A stretch of 64,000 bases of DNA from Paraspadella gotoi (Eukaryota > Animalia > Chaetognatha), in assembly GCA_051294375.1 (NCBI GenBank), contig CM119266.1:19107657-19171656 (forward strand), read 5' to 3'. Under the pieces are notes generated by a model that was given only the letters and a program-made list of their open reading frames with translations, did no database searches and had not been told where the DNA came from. Below, in pieces: positions 53,701 to 64,000 of the stretch (positions are counted from its first letter, which is position 1; every line of letters starts with the position of its first letter). The position numbers were made by a program, and so were the translations under genes.

Positions 53701-56700
53701 GTGGAATTCAGTGAAGTTTTATTTGAGACCATGCATTCAATCCTTTCATCAGAATAAGTTAATAAGAGAGATATTGATATTGAAAATAGGAGAAGAGCTT
53801 TAGGCCAGTTATTTAAACTACCTCAAAAAGCTACTTTATCGAAATTAGATTTTTCAACGCAGTCGTATTACTTTCACCTTCGCCCGCTGGCGATCCTCAT
53901 AAAATCACCTCCAACAAGTTAATTGTGAGTGTGTTAGAGTGACCACTTTTTGAAACAAAAGAAAATCATTCGCTGGCTCCTCCGCATTGAATTAATGATC
54001 TCAAATAAAACTGCACCGAATCCTAAATTTAATACTACGGTGCATACAATATCTCTCCAACCTAATCTTATAAAGATAACGTTTTTTTTTCTTGATTTCA
54101 TCCATAAAAAAAAAGAGCCAAACTCACCGTCAGTCTCCACGCTCTCCAACGCGATGGATGGCGAAGGTGACGATGACTTTGCTTCGACGTTTGACTCCAC
54201 GTCAAAGTCGAAACCCATGAGTCCATCGACCGACCCTGTCAGAGTCGTGGACACGTCGGCGTCGTTCGAGGAGACCGGCGAAGGGACGCGGGGCACGTGA
54301 TGCTGTGATTGGTGGCGTTCCTGGCCATGATCCAATACTTTGTCAGGGTGAGTAATATGGCCAGCGGAGGAATGGGCTTCGTGGCCTGGATGGGCTTCGT
54401 GGCCATGATGGCCTAAGTGGTCGGAATGGGATTTGTGGCCATGATGGCCTAAGTGGTCGAAATGCGCTTCGTGGCCATGATGGCCTATGTGGTCGGAATG
54501 GGATTTGTGGCCATGATGGCCTAAGTGGTCGGAATGGGCTACATGGTCGGGATGTGCTAGATGGTCATGGTGAGCTACGTGATCTTGATGGGATTCGTGG
54601 CCGGAATGGTCTTTGAGGCCAAGATGTGATCCAGCGGAAGGGTCAGTCCCTAGAGCGGCGATCGCTCCAACGCCCGAATGATCTCCGCCGATAGGATAAC
54701 CTCCTCGATAAGCCTCTGGCGGCGGAGAGAAGAAAATGAATTAGTTTCTCCATCCATGAATTTTAAGAGAATAAAACAAAAACGAAACGGGCGATACGAT
54801 CTGTATTAAGTTATTTATAGAAAACGCGTTAATTTTTTCTTTAATTGTTTCTATTTCTACTATTGCCGTACAATGCCGTATTTATACGTTAATTTATGTT
54901 ATAATATCGATTGTCGAATCTTCCGACCATTTGCAAAGTCGCTCTCCAACGACGGCGCCGGAGCCACTGGAATTCGATCCTCACTCACGATCCGACCCGG
55001 ATGTTGAAAGAGCGACGGAGCCAGATGTTGATGGATCGCCGGATGTTGATGAAGGGGAGATGGAGATGGAGACAGAAGTGCTGAAGAAGAATCGGAGAAG
55101 TGCTGAGAACTCTGAAGAGAGAAGGAGAGAGTCTCGATGAAAAAAAAAAAACCGGGGTCGAATCAACTTGATATATTTTTTTTAGATTGTCTCCTTCACT
55201 CACTGAGCTCCTTAGAGGTTCTTCCACCAATTCGGCCTCCGCCACGACCGCCGCGGCTTTGGCGGCAAGGGCGTCGGCCTCAGCTTTGGCAGCAGCCGCT
55301 TGCCTCGCAGCTAAGGCTTTAGCGTCTGCCTCGGCTTTTGCCTTTTCCGCTTTGGCGGCCGACTGCGCGTCTCCTTTCCCCTTGGCGGCCGCAACGGCAG
55401 CCGCGGCTTTTTCGGCCGCCTGCTTGGCGGCATTTTCGGCCGCGGCTGCTGCGGCACCAGCGGCCTCCGCCTCGAGTCGTGCAAAGGCTTCACGAGCGGC
55501 GGCCGAGTCCGACGGACCCAGATGGCGTTCGCTTGTTTTTTCTTTCTTCTTATCTTCAAATTCAGGACGACGAGGACGCGGAACGTAATCGTCTTCGCCT
55601 GAGATCAATACCGATTTTATCATAATTGTATTAAGAAATCAATTTTTAAATAAATATTTAATCGGTACATGCGATGACTCTCGAATAATATTTAGATTAA
55701 TAGTCATTAGAACATCAAACAATGAATCCACCCGGCATAAATGTTGGTTCGTCGTTTCCGTGATCTGTCCATTCGTCCTTCCTAACGTCGTACTCGCCGA
55801 CGACGAATCTCCAGGGACGAAGCTTCATCTCATTCTGCGGCGGTGGGCGTGGCATCATCGGGCCGGGGGGTTCGTAGCTTGAAGGCAAGTAAGGAAGATT
55901 TGAAAGAACTGCGATGAATCAATGTTCGGCTTTTCGCCCTCCCAGATTCACATTCTCACTGTCGCATGTCTGCCGCTTACATGCTTTTCACACGGCGTCT
56001 ATATTTACATCCTGGACAGCTGTCGATACCGCATCCGCATTTCACGCAGTAACCCTGATGGAACCAAAGATAGAAATTGGACAGGATAATTTGGAAATAA
56101 CTGCGAGTTGTTGTTGTTGTTGTTGTTCGCTGTTGCTGCAACAACGAAAAAAAAAAACGAGATGGCGTCGTGGTCGTCAGTGCAGTTGACTATATTGAGG
56201 AGGCATCTCACTTTGCTCGAGACGTAACCGAATCCAACGATTTTTTGACGATCGACTTTGGGAGGAGGATGCGTCGAATGGGTCTTCATGCTCACGTTGA
56301 AGTTTTCCACGCGTGTATATCTAAAAGTAAGAAAGACCAACTTACCACATCACGGCGGCTGTAAGAAACTGTCCCTGACAATGCTTATTGCTTAACTGAT
56401 ATGTCACAAACTGATAACGCATCTTTTACGTAATCTTTTACGTTTAGTAGAAGTTCCCAGATGCTTCCCGACATTCTGAGATAAACTATAACCAAAGCTT
56501 CTTCAAACACCTATCAAAGTAAGGCAGCTGTCTAGGAATGCCGGTCTTAATGATTGCCCTCCACGCAGACTGCAATCGCTTAACATCCGGCGGAGGGATG
56601 CTGTCTCTAAACCCCTTGGGTTTGACACACTTTCGCAGCAACGAGTGGCAGCTGCCGCAGAGTCGATCGCTGACGACGACGAGGTGCGGCAGCGTCTTGA

Positions 56701-58234
56701 TGGCGCGACTCTGTTCGGTTGTCAGAGGAACCCGTAGACTGAGAAAGGTCTGGAGAAAAAAATATAACCGGGTTGCCTGTAATGCCCAGCAATAAGAAGC
56801 ATTCCTTTACTTTGGACACATACACGTTACCTCAAGAGTCGATAAAATGTTATCTCCCTTCCAGCGATCGCTCAGGACGTAGGATCTACAATAAATTTTT
56901 ATAATTGTCATGGTGTGGCGGTATATTCACACCGCCTCATGTCCGTCATTCTTCAGCGAAATCCATTGGCTCAGAGGGGGNNNNNNNNNNAAATGAATTT
57001 AACTCCTTTCAACCCCTTTCAAAATTCGCCTCGANNNNNNNNNNCTGTTGCCATAATGGTCACGAAAAACGTAACATCATTTCGTAATATAAAATCAAAT
57101 GAATTTAAATCCTTTCAACCCCTTTCGGGTAACCACCCAGATCAAAATTCGCCTCGATAGTTCTATTGTTATGATCATTAAATTTCATCCAATTTGATAC
57201 AGTTGCTAATTAGGAACTGATACTTAATTACTTATAATATGAAGCCGTCTGTATAATTTAACATTTGACAAAGTAATAATTGAAAAGTTTAGATTAATGT
57301 TTGGGAGGACAATAATAATATTGTCTTTTGGGAACAACATTAAAATACTTTTTGTCCCAGCTCCTAGGTTTTTATCTCATTTGTATTGATTAAGAAAACT
57401 TCCGATACGAGGACTGTAATTTTGTGCATTGTGCAATTGCAAGACAAAATACTTCATAAACTACCTTTTTAGGGCGCCATCTCTCCTTCTGAGATCATCT
57501 CCGCAGAATCGACAGTGCAGAGAATTGAAGTAACTGTTGCCCATCCCTCGGCACAGAGGCTTCGCTGTCGTTGGCGGGGCCGTGCCGCAAATACAAGAGT
57601 CGCATAATTCCGACTTAAAAATACGAACATTAAGAACCTATTCATTAATTTTCTCAAATATTTTGCGGCACCTTTTGCGCTTTCTGACTATATTTTTTTT
57701 AATTGAGAGATGTTGACAAACTAATATTTACAAAATATTGATCAATATCGTTGGCGGAAAAAAAATTAAAGACATTAACGAGGACAAAATATAGATCAAC
57801 TCAGCAGTAAGCAAAAGTAAAACGGAGAGTGTGGCAGCATGACTTAAAGCTGCCTCACTGCTGTCCGTCGTCAGCCTCGTCGCAATGGCTGAGCAGGCTA
57901 AATCGTCTCGTTTTAACCGTGCGTCCCGACTTCAATCCCTGGGGATGTGATGGCCCCCGTTTAAACATGCCAGTGACCGGAGGCTGTCATAAAGGGCCTG
58001 CACTCTGCAGCCCTTACGCCAGTTGGTGAGATACCCCACGCTCCAGGTATCACAGGCAATCCTCCCCTTGACATACGAGACACTTTAGGGTCACGCAGTT
58101 GGCATCGCACACAACAATCCACCTCTAACAACGCTGTTTCCGACTCAGATCATTGGATTCTTCTTGTGGCAGCAAGACTTAAAGCTGCCTCAATATACGT
58201 AAAACGAAGTTTTACTAACCTCATTGTTCTTCAT
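44360..58234 (-). CDS. Large 23-exon gene, about 2150 aa, family not recognised; N-terminal ZAD-like C4 zinc module followed by low-complexity and repeat regions
   Basis: GT-AG, phase-consistent exons 5' to 3': 58220-58234, 57465-57613, 56831-56885, 56511-56749, 56212-56320, 55981-56054, 55732-55877, 55204-55598, 54928-55111, 54128-54715, 53453-53643, 52013-53371, 51645-51716, 50336-50493, 49788-49917, 48700-48950, 48576-48632, 48136-48289, 47811-48064, 47146-47301, 46674-46861, 46105-46325, 44360-45667. The sum is 6453 nt = 2151 codons including the stop. The start codon is tentative. Confidence 0.8.
47325..47800. repeat. Intronic minisatellite TTCATAGATGAAAAACG(CT)n, about 10 units
   Basis: Directly visible. 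Confidence 0.9.
49018..49541. mobile_element. Second copy of the foldback family (intronic)
   Basis: GGCGTCGTGAAAGTT...TTTGCTACGC ends. Internal GAATTCCTCATAAAAAGTT / AACTTTTTGTGAGGAATT arms resemble 29059-29654. Confidence 0.7.
50791..51577. mobile_element. Non-autonomous Tc1/mariner-type DNA transposon (MITE) in an intron
   Basis: Perfect 26-bp TIRs CATGGTGACAATTTGAAACCCGCCGC with TA target duplication at 50789-50790 and 51578-51579. AT-rich, non-coding interior. Confidence 0.9.
51835..51972 (-). mobile_element. Possible tRNA-derived SINE fragment
   Basis: Minus strand GAGCACTCGCTTCCCAACAGCGAGTTCTGAGTTTGATCCC resembles an anticodon arm plus B-box. TCCCGACAGCTGGC is shared with about 45911. 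Confidence 0.35.
57830..58192 (+). mobile_element. tRNA-like SINE bounded by 28-bp direct repeats
   Basis: TGTGGCAGCAWGACTTAAAGCTGCCTCA at 57830-57857 and 58165-58192 (27/28 identical). Internal A-box-like TGGCTGAGCAGG and B-box-like GACTTCAATCCC. Confidence 0.6.
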
Positions 58235-60995
58235 CTCTAAACAAGAAAAGTTTATTTGCAGTTTTGTCGAATTCATAGTTTATGTAAATCAAGAAAGTTT
58301 TAAGATTATGGTTGAGTTAAAATGATAAATGTAGGAAGTTCGTTTAGCATCGGATTTTATCTAGATTGACTGACTGACTGATTGAGTGTCTCAGTATTTG
58401 TAGTATACTGTATAGATACAAAAACTACTTATTAAAAACAAAAAAAAACGAACAAATACAATTGAATTATTAATATTGAAGAAAAGAAGAATGATTGAAA
58501 AAAAAAGAGCAAAAAGAAAGAAAAAGAGATCAAAACAGAAATAAAAAGAGAAAAAAATTAAGAAAAAAAATTATTCTCGGCAGATGCACATTAAATGCTT
58601 AACCAAAGCTTGTTTGATTGACCATCGCTAGGAATGGAGTAAGTCTTTGAAAAGAAATCAACGACTCCGTAAAAGCCAAAGGTACCACGAGTCGGCAAAG
58701 CGAGAAGGTACCACGAGTCCGCATCGCGACTCGGCTGCAATTCACTGGCTGCAACGATGCAACGTCAATGAAAGAAAACTGCGTTTAGGCAGATGGAATA
58801 GATTTTTTTCGGACGAATGCTCGGCCGGCCTTTCGGCCGATCTTAAGGCCCCCGGGTTATCACCCGCTATAATCTCATCTCAAAGAAAAACTGGAAAAAA
58901 GACATTCATTCCTCTCCCCATCATTTTCACCATCTCTTTGGGCAGAGGTCCGCGCTTTGCAAATCTCAATGATATCTTGTAGGGTTATGGTTAATATACG
59001 CCCAAAATGATTGAATTAGATTTTCATAAATCTGATTAAGACGCCAGCAATGAAAATATTGATTAAAATTATAGTTATTATTTTTTTTTTGGAAGCAAAT
59101 AATGTAGCAAAAGTTTAAAAGTCTTTATTTATCAATTGCACTCTTTGTCCTTATATTAATATGAAGCCCAATGGCGAAAATATGGTTAATTTGTTCTCTT
59201 TAACTTTCTGGAAATGAAACAAAAAGATTAACATTAAGAAACTTAATAAACATGAGGTGTTGCGCCGTAACAATAAAATATACATAAAAATATAAAATAT
59301 GTATAAAAAACATCTTATGGTTTATTAATTTTCTGTTAGGCATGAAGCAATAGTAAATATTATATAAAATATGTGACATTTACTTTCTGATCAAGTAACT
59401 ACAATTTTACAGTTAGCTCAATATTAACTAAAAGGTCTTATGATCGCTTTATATTACGATTATATATGATTATATATGCAGTATGCACATTGAAAGTCTT
59501 ATAATATCAAATATAAATTTTGTATTGTTACCTGAATTATTGAAAATAAGATTAACCAAATAACAGACAGACCGACCAAAAAGACTTATAAAATTCATTC
59601 TCAAGTACTCGCGGCGCAACTAAAAATCTTCTTTATTTGAAGGGGGGTAAAACGGTCTCAACCGCCGGGATGTTGTAAATGGCGCGGATGTAACTGAAAT
59701 ACGCCCCGACCGTTTTTTTCAATTAATAAAAATGAAGTCTTTTAGACGAAGCCGGAGTTAATGGGTAAAACCACCTTCAACTCGAGCTTCTTTAGGTTCA
59801 AACTTTGTTTTTTAATAATTAAAGGATTTATTAAAGAATTTATTATTAAAATTTTAAACGTGGTTTCCTTTTTTCAGCCTGAATCGATATTTACGATTTT
59901 CAGTTGCAATTTAATTCTATAGTCCGAAATAATAAAATTATAATAGATATATAAACAATAAAACTAAATTTAAATAGATAGCTCCTTCATTATCGTGGTA
60001 AAGAATTAGTAAATTCGGAAAAATTAGTAAAAATTAGTAAAAATCCTTTTCATCTCTTCAATTCCACTGACTTTTGCTTTTTTCTCTTTTTTCTTTTATT
60101 TCTTTCTCTTTTTTTTTCAAATGAAAGATGACGAACGACGACAAAAACAAGGACGAATTTGATTGCAATATTTACGAAACAAAATCGTTTCCTCTAAAAA
60201 CTTCCAAGAAAGATGATTCTCTCTCTTTCTTTTTCTTTCTTTCTTTGAAATAGTTTTAATTGGCAAATAATAATTTTCATTATAAATCAAAAGAAATCTT
60301 GCTATTTGGCTCATGATTTTAGACTTTGAAGATTAGGTTAAACATCAATCAGGTGACAATTTTGTTTCTTTTGCATCCCGTTTTATATAAAATTATTGTA
60401 CATTTATTTGACATTTATGAAATTTGTACAACCAATATAAAAATTATCCAATTATTTGAGACATTTCGCATGTAAAAATTTGATGTCGCTCCCGACAGGA
60501 AAAAAAAACTTAACAAAAGATCAAATTTATTTAATAACAAGAGCGAATGAATATATTTCTATATTTTGTTATGGATTAAAATGTTCAATTTTATTATTTA
60601 AATTTTTATTATTTTATTTCATGATTTTTATATACGTATATCGTATGATAATTTGTATAGGTGTTCAATTTATCAAACGTAAACTGTATGCACTATGCAA
60701 CATCAAATATGATTTTAGTTCTAAAAAGTTGAAGGTTACTTAATGCCCCTGCTTTAATTTTTTTTTCTTTAATTTTCTTTTGCGACAGTTTGCTCTAAAG
60801 TTTTGGCCGTTCGCGCTCTGGGGCGTGGTTCAACTACTTACCTCAATCGCGCATCCGTTGTCTCAGAAGTTCACGTGCGAGAAGTCGTGCCTCCGCGCGC
60901 AACAGAAATCTTGACTGCGAGAGCTTACATGGCGGAGATCGATTCTGGTTTTGTTATTAAATTTATGGCATCTAAAGATTTAACTTCAAACCACG

Positions 60996-63852
60996 ATGTC
61001 ATCGTTAGAAATCGCCTCTCAAAGACGTCGTTTAGATGGATCTTCACCCACAACAACTTTTGAAGAGGTCTTATATGATATTTAATTAACGGCTTCTCTT
61101 TAATTTTTCCTATAATACTTTTTTTTTAAATATTTAATGATTTGTAACGTTTAGATGAATCCTTCAATATCTTTACCATATTGTTTAGTTTTTTAGTTTT
61201 TAGAGTTATTAGAAATTAATCTTTTAATTATCGTAAAACAATGATATCAAAAAAATAATATTTTTACCATATTGTTAAGCTCATTGAAAAAAAATTGACA
61301 AATTTGGCCAAGTCTACTGTATTTACAATATTTCGTAGGAAAGGGTGAGCAATTTTAGAGTATATTTCATATTAAAATATAGTTAACGTGGAATCGCTAT
61401 TCTTTGTTTTTGGATTGTTATATTTCTTACTCAATCTCCAAATTAAAAACTGTTATTTCAGGTCGAGAGCCTTTGTCCCCACAATATTTCGTCATTCGAT
61501 TCATCAGCGTCAGGCGCTGGCGGCGTATGTCGACTTCCGCCGATGCCAGTTCGCTATATGAGCAGCATTGGATCCTCTTCCTCGAGCAACGTAAGACTAC
61601 TATAATTACATACACATTACACTATGAAATTGATACAACCAATATAATAATTATCCAATCAAATAAATATCCATTTATTTAATAAATAGGCAATCTTGCC
61701 CTTGACTTTGGACAATTGACAGGCTTTGGTGGGTTAGGGCCTCCATCACTCTTACAATATAATGACATGGCAGCTCTCACAGTCTCGTTTATTCACTCCC
61801 AGAGTACCTGGCTTTCTTATTAACGAAGTTGTATAATATTTCAAAGAATGTTTTTATAAAAGATCACTCCCTCATTTAATAAATAATCTATCGTGCATGT
61901 GACTTTTATATTTATTTATTGGCCGCACGAGATTAATACCCTTACCGTTCGCTCCTTTGTCAGCGTTTGGCTTTTCACCGCGGAGTATCATTAAACAGTT
62001 CACGCAACTGGCACGATTTGACAAGAGGCGTTCGATCCCCTCGGTCTTGGAACCGGTCCTCCTACGGAAGCGGCACCTCGCGATCCTCGCGCCTATTAGA
62101 CGAAGTTGAAAGTCTGAGGTGAGACAAATTTACGTGAATTTTTTTTTTTGGAGGATCGATTAACAATGGATCTCCTCGTCGACAGAGGGTGGCGCGGCAG
62201 CGTCGGTGAAGAGACCAGGTCCGAATCGCGCTCGGACCTAAATTGCGCTGAGAATTCTATTCCACCAATCACGTCGGAGGCTCCCGCTTCGGTGTCCGAT
62301 TGCCCGATCAATCCCGTGTTCGGAATTCAGATGCGGAGAGAGTAAGTCGTGAAATGACAGGCAGTTGGAATCTTTTGAAATGGTACGATACTTATAATAG
62401 TATTAATGAAGGTTGAAAAAAAAAGAATATAAATTATGAATAGCGTAGACGATGAATATTAATAGTAAATTGTAATAAATAAAAGATATTGTAAGATTCA
62501 TCATAACCTATCATCTGATAAGCTGTTTACCGTTAACCGATCCTTGCCAGATCCGGCATTGATTGCTCAAACTTTTTTACAACTCTTTTCGCTTTTAAGC
62601 TTTAAAAAATGAATCAGCAAAAAGTTTTGAATGCGTGGTGATCCAGCTCGATGTTTCATCAACCCAAACTTTAACCTCTCTCTCATCTCGTTTAATGAAC
62701 AAATATTGTAGTTTTTTTTATCTCTGACAACGCAGCTACCTTGATGGCGAAGGTTGGGAAAAGGTATCGGTCTGCAGTCGATCTACTTTTGATGAGGTTG
62801 GTCTGGCCAAACGACAATGCTTGTCTAATGTCTAATTGAGTGGAGCACTCAAGAACAAAAAAATTATTTGAATGATCGAACAAGGATATTTAGATGTGAG
62901 ATAGTATGATTAACTAGTACAAAAAATATTTTGTTCATATTGTTTTGGGAACAGAATAGTAAAATATAATATATTTATAATAATATTCTTATAAAATAGT
63001 AAATTTTAAAAATAATTTTTTAAAAACTTTTAATAAAGATTCAGATTCTTTATAAAAAGTTGAATCAAAAATATAAAACATTCTGTCATCTTCAGCATTT
63101 AAAAAGGGGGGAAAAGGTGAAAATTTATGACTTTTAGTCATTTTTGTGATCCAAACATTAAAATATCATATATTTTATAAAAGTATTTTAAATTTTTAAT
63201 GGCGAATCCAAATCTGTTCTTAAAAATAAAAGAAAATATTTTAAAATTTAACGATTTTATAAGGATATTACTACATAAATAATTGAATTTATTATACAGT
63301 TATGCTAAAAAGATTTTTAAAAAGATTTAAAATTCATTAATTACATATCCATAGGCAGCAAAAAAATAAAGTTAAATAACTCAATCTTTTCATCACTCCA
63401 CCCTATTGGCCAATCCGTATTTAATTGTTGATTACTGTGACTCAAGAATCGTATTCCAGGTCGAAAGTCTCGATCTCGATGGTTCTCACGAATTGTCAAC
63501 CCAAGGCTTTTCCAGCAAATCCAGTTCTCATTCCAGTGAGAAAATTCATCATTAAAATCTCTAAAAACTACGAAATCAAGTTCCGAAAAAAAAAGGTAAT
63601 TTATTTCCAGGCAATCCCTCGTTCGGAGACGCTCGCGCCATCAAAACTAACGATGCCGATGGACGTCCTCTTGTCGAGAAAAGTAGCAGGTACTTTTTTC
63701 TTCAGAAAAACTTTTTTTCTCCGTTTTTATGCTATTTCATTCGTCGTTTTCCGACAGCGTTGCCGCGACGAAACGCAAATCTGGTGTCGTTCGAGCTCGA
63801 GCGCCGAGTCGCCTCCTCATTCGCGACGACGACGAAGACGACGACCACAACG
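60996..63852 (+). CDS. 5' part of a spliced Ser-rich gene of unknown product, continuing beyond the window
   Basis: Phase-consistent GT-AG exons 60996-61067, 61462-61590, 61964-62118, 62186-62341, 62736-62763, 63460-63535, 63611-63689, 63758-63852 (MSSLEIASQRRR...RLAFHRGVSLNSSRNWHD...YLDGEGWEKVESLD...). No recognisable domain. Confidence 0.65.
61680..61870 (-). mobile_element. Retroelement-tail repeat, copy 5 (intronic)
   Basis: ATCTTGCCC...GACAGGCTTTGGTGG...GGCCTCCATCACTCTTACAA...ACTCCCAGAGTACCTGGCTT. Confidence 0.75.
62960..63280. mobile_element. Decayed third copy of the foldback family
   Basis: TAATATTCTTATAAAAT / ATTTTATAAGGATATTA arms and a GAATCCAAATCTG motif as in the other copies. 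Confidence 0.5.
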
Positions 63853-64000
63853 GTGCTGACGTGCTTTACCCTTGTCTTTTGTTCACTTGTTCTTGATTCT
63901 AACCCGCGACCCTTTCCGCGAAAGATGCCCCCGTCATCGTGATCAGCAAAGACGCCAAACGCCAAGAATCCGAGGATAGTCTGAGCAGCACCGCAATCAG

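Noticed and set aside
56321-56358. 13-nt microexon plus 25-nt intron on the minus strand
   Set aside because: Including it shifts the frame and leads to a premature stop, while the flanking exons join in frame without it. It could only be a poison exon, and there is no evidence for that.
56991-57157. Short duplicated segment around 10-N gaps
   Set aside because: Adjacent to small gaps; probably local misassembly or allelic overlap.

Overview
Animal (probably bilaterian invertebrate) genomic DNA from a gappy draft assembly. It is AT-rich, dense in (AG)n/(GAC)n microsatellites, and has four exact 25-N gaps next to noisy or duplicated sequence. Most ORFs in the supplied track are spurious. Hand splicing supports six genes: (1) the last exon of a Shox homeobox gene with its OAR motif; (2) an 11-exon aminoacylase-1; (3) a frameshift-riddled but motif-complete, apparently intron-containing DUF885 (mostly bacterial zincin-like family) gene that the ORF track does not reveal; (4) a partial coiled-coil gene; (5) a phase-consistent 23-exon gene of about 2150 aa with a ZAD-like zinc module, a His-every-third-residue tract and exon-bounded repeats, whose family I do not recognise; (6) a divergent Ser-rich spliced gene running off the right end. 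Mobile and repeat content includes three minimal type I hammerhead ribozyme motifs of Penelope-like type with compensatory changes, a Tc1/mariner MITE, a foldback family, a TTAGGG-containing MITE family, a five-copy retroelement tail, tRNA-like SINEs and several minisatellites. All calls come from manual reading; no searches were run.
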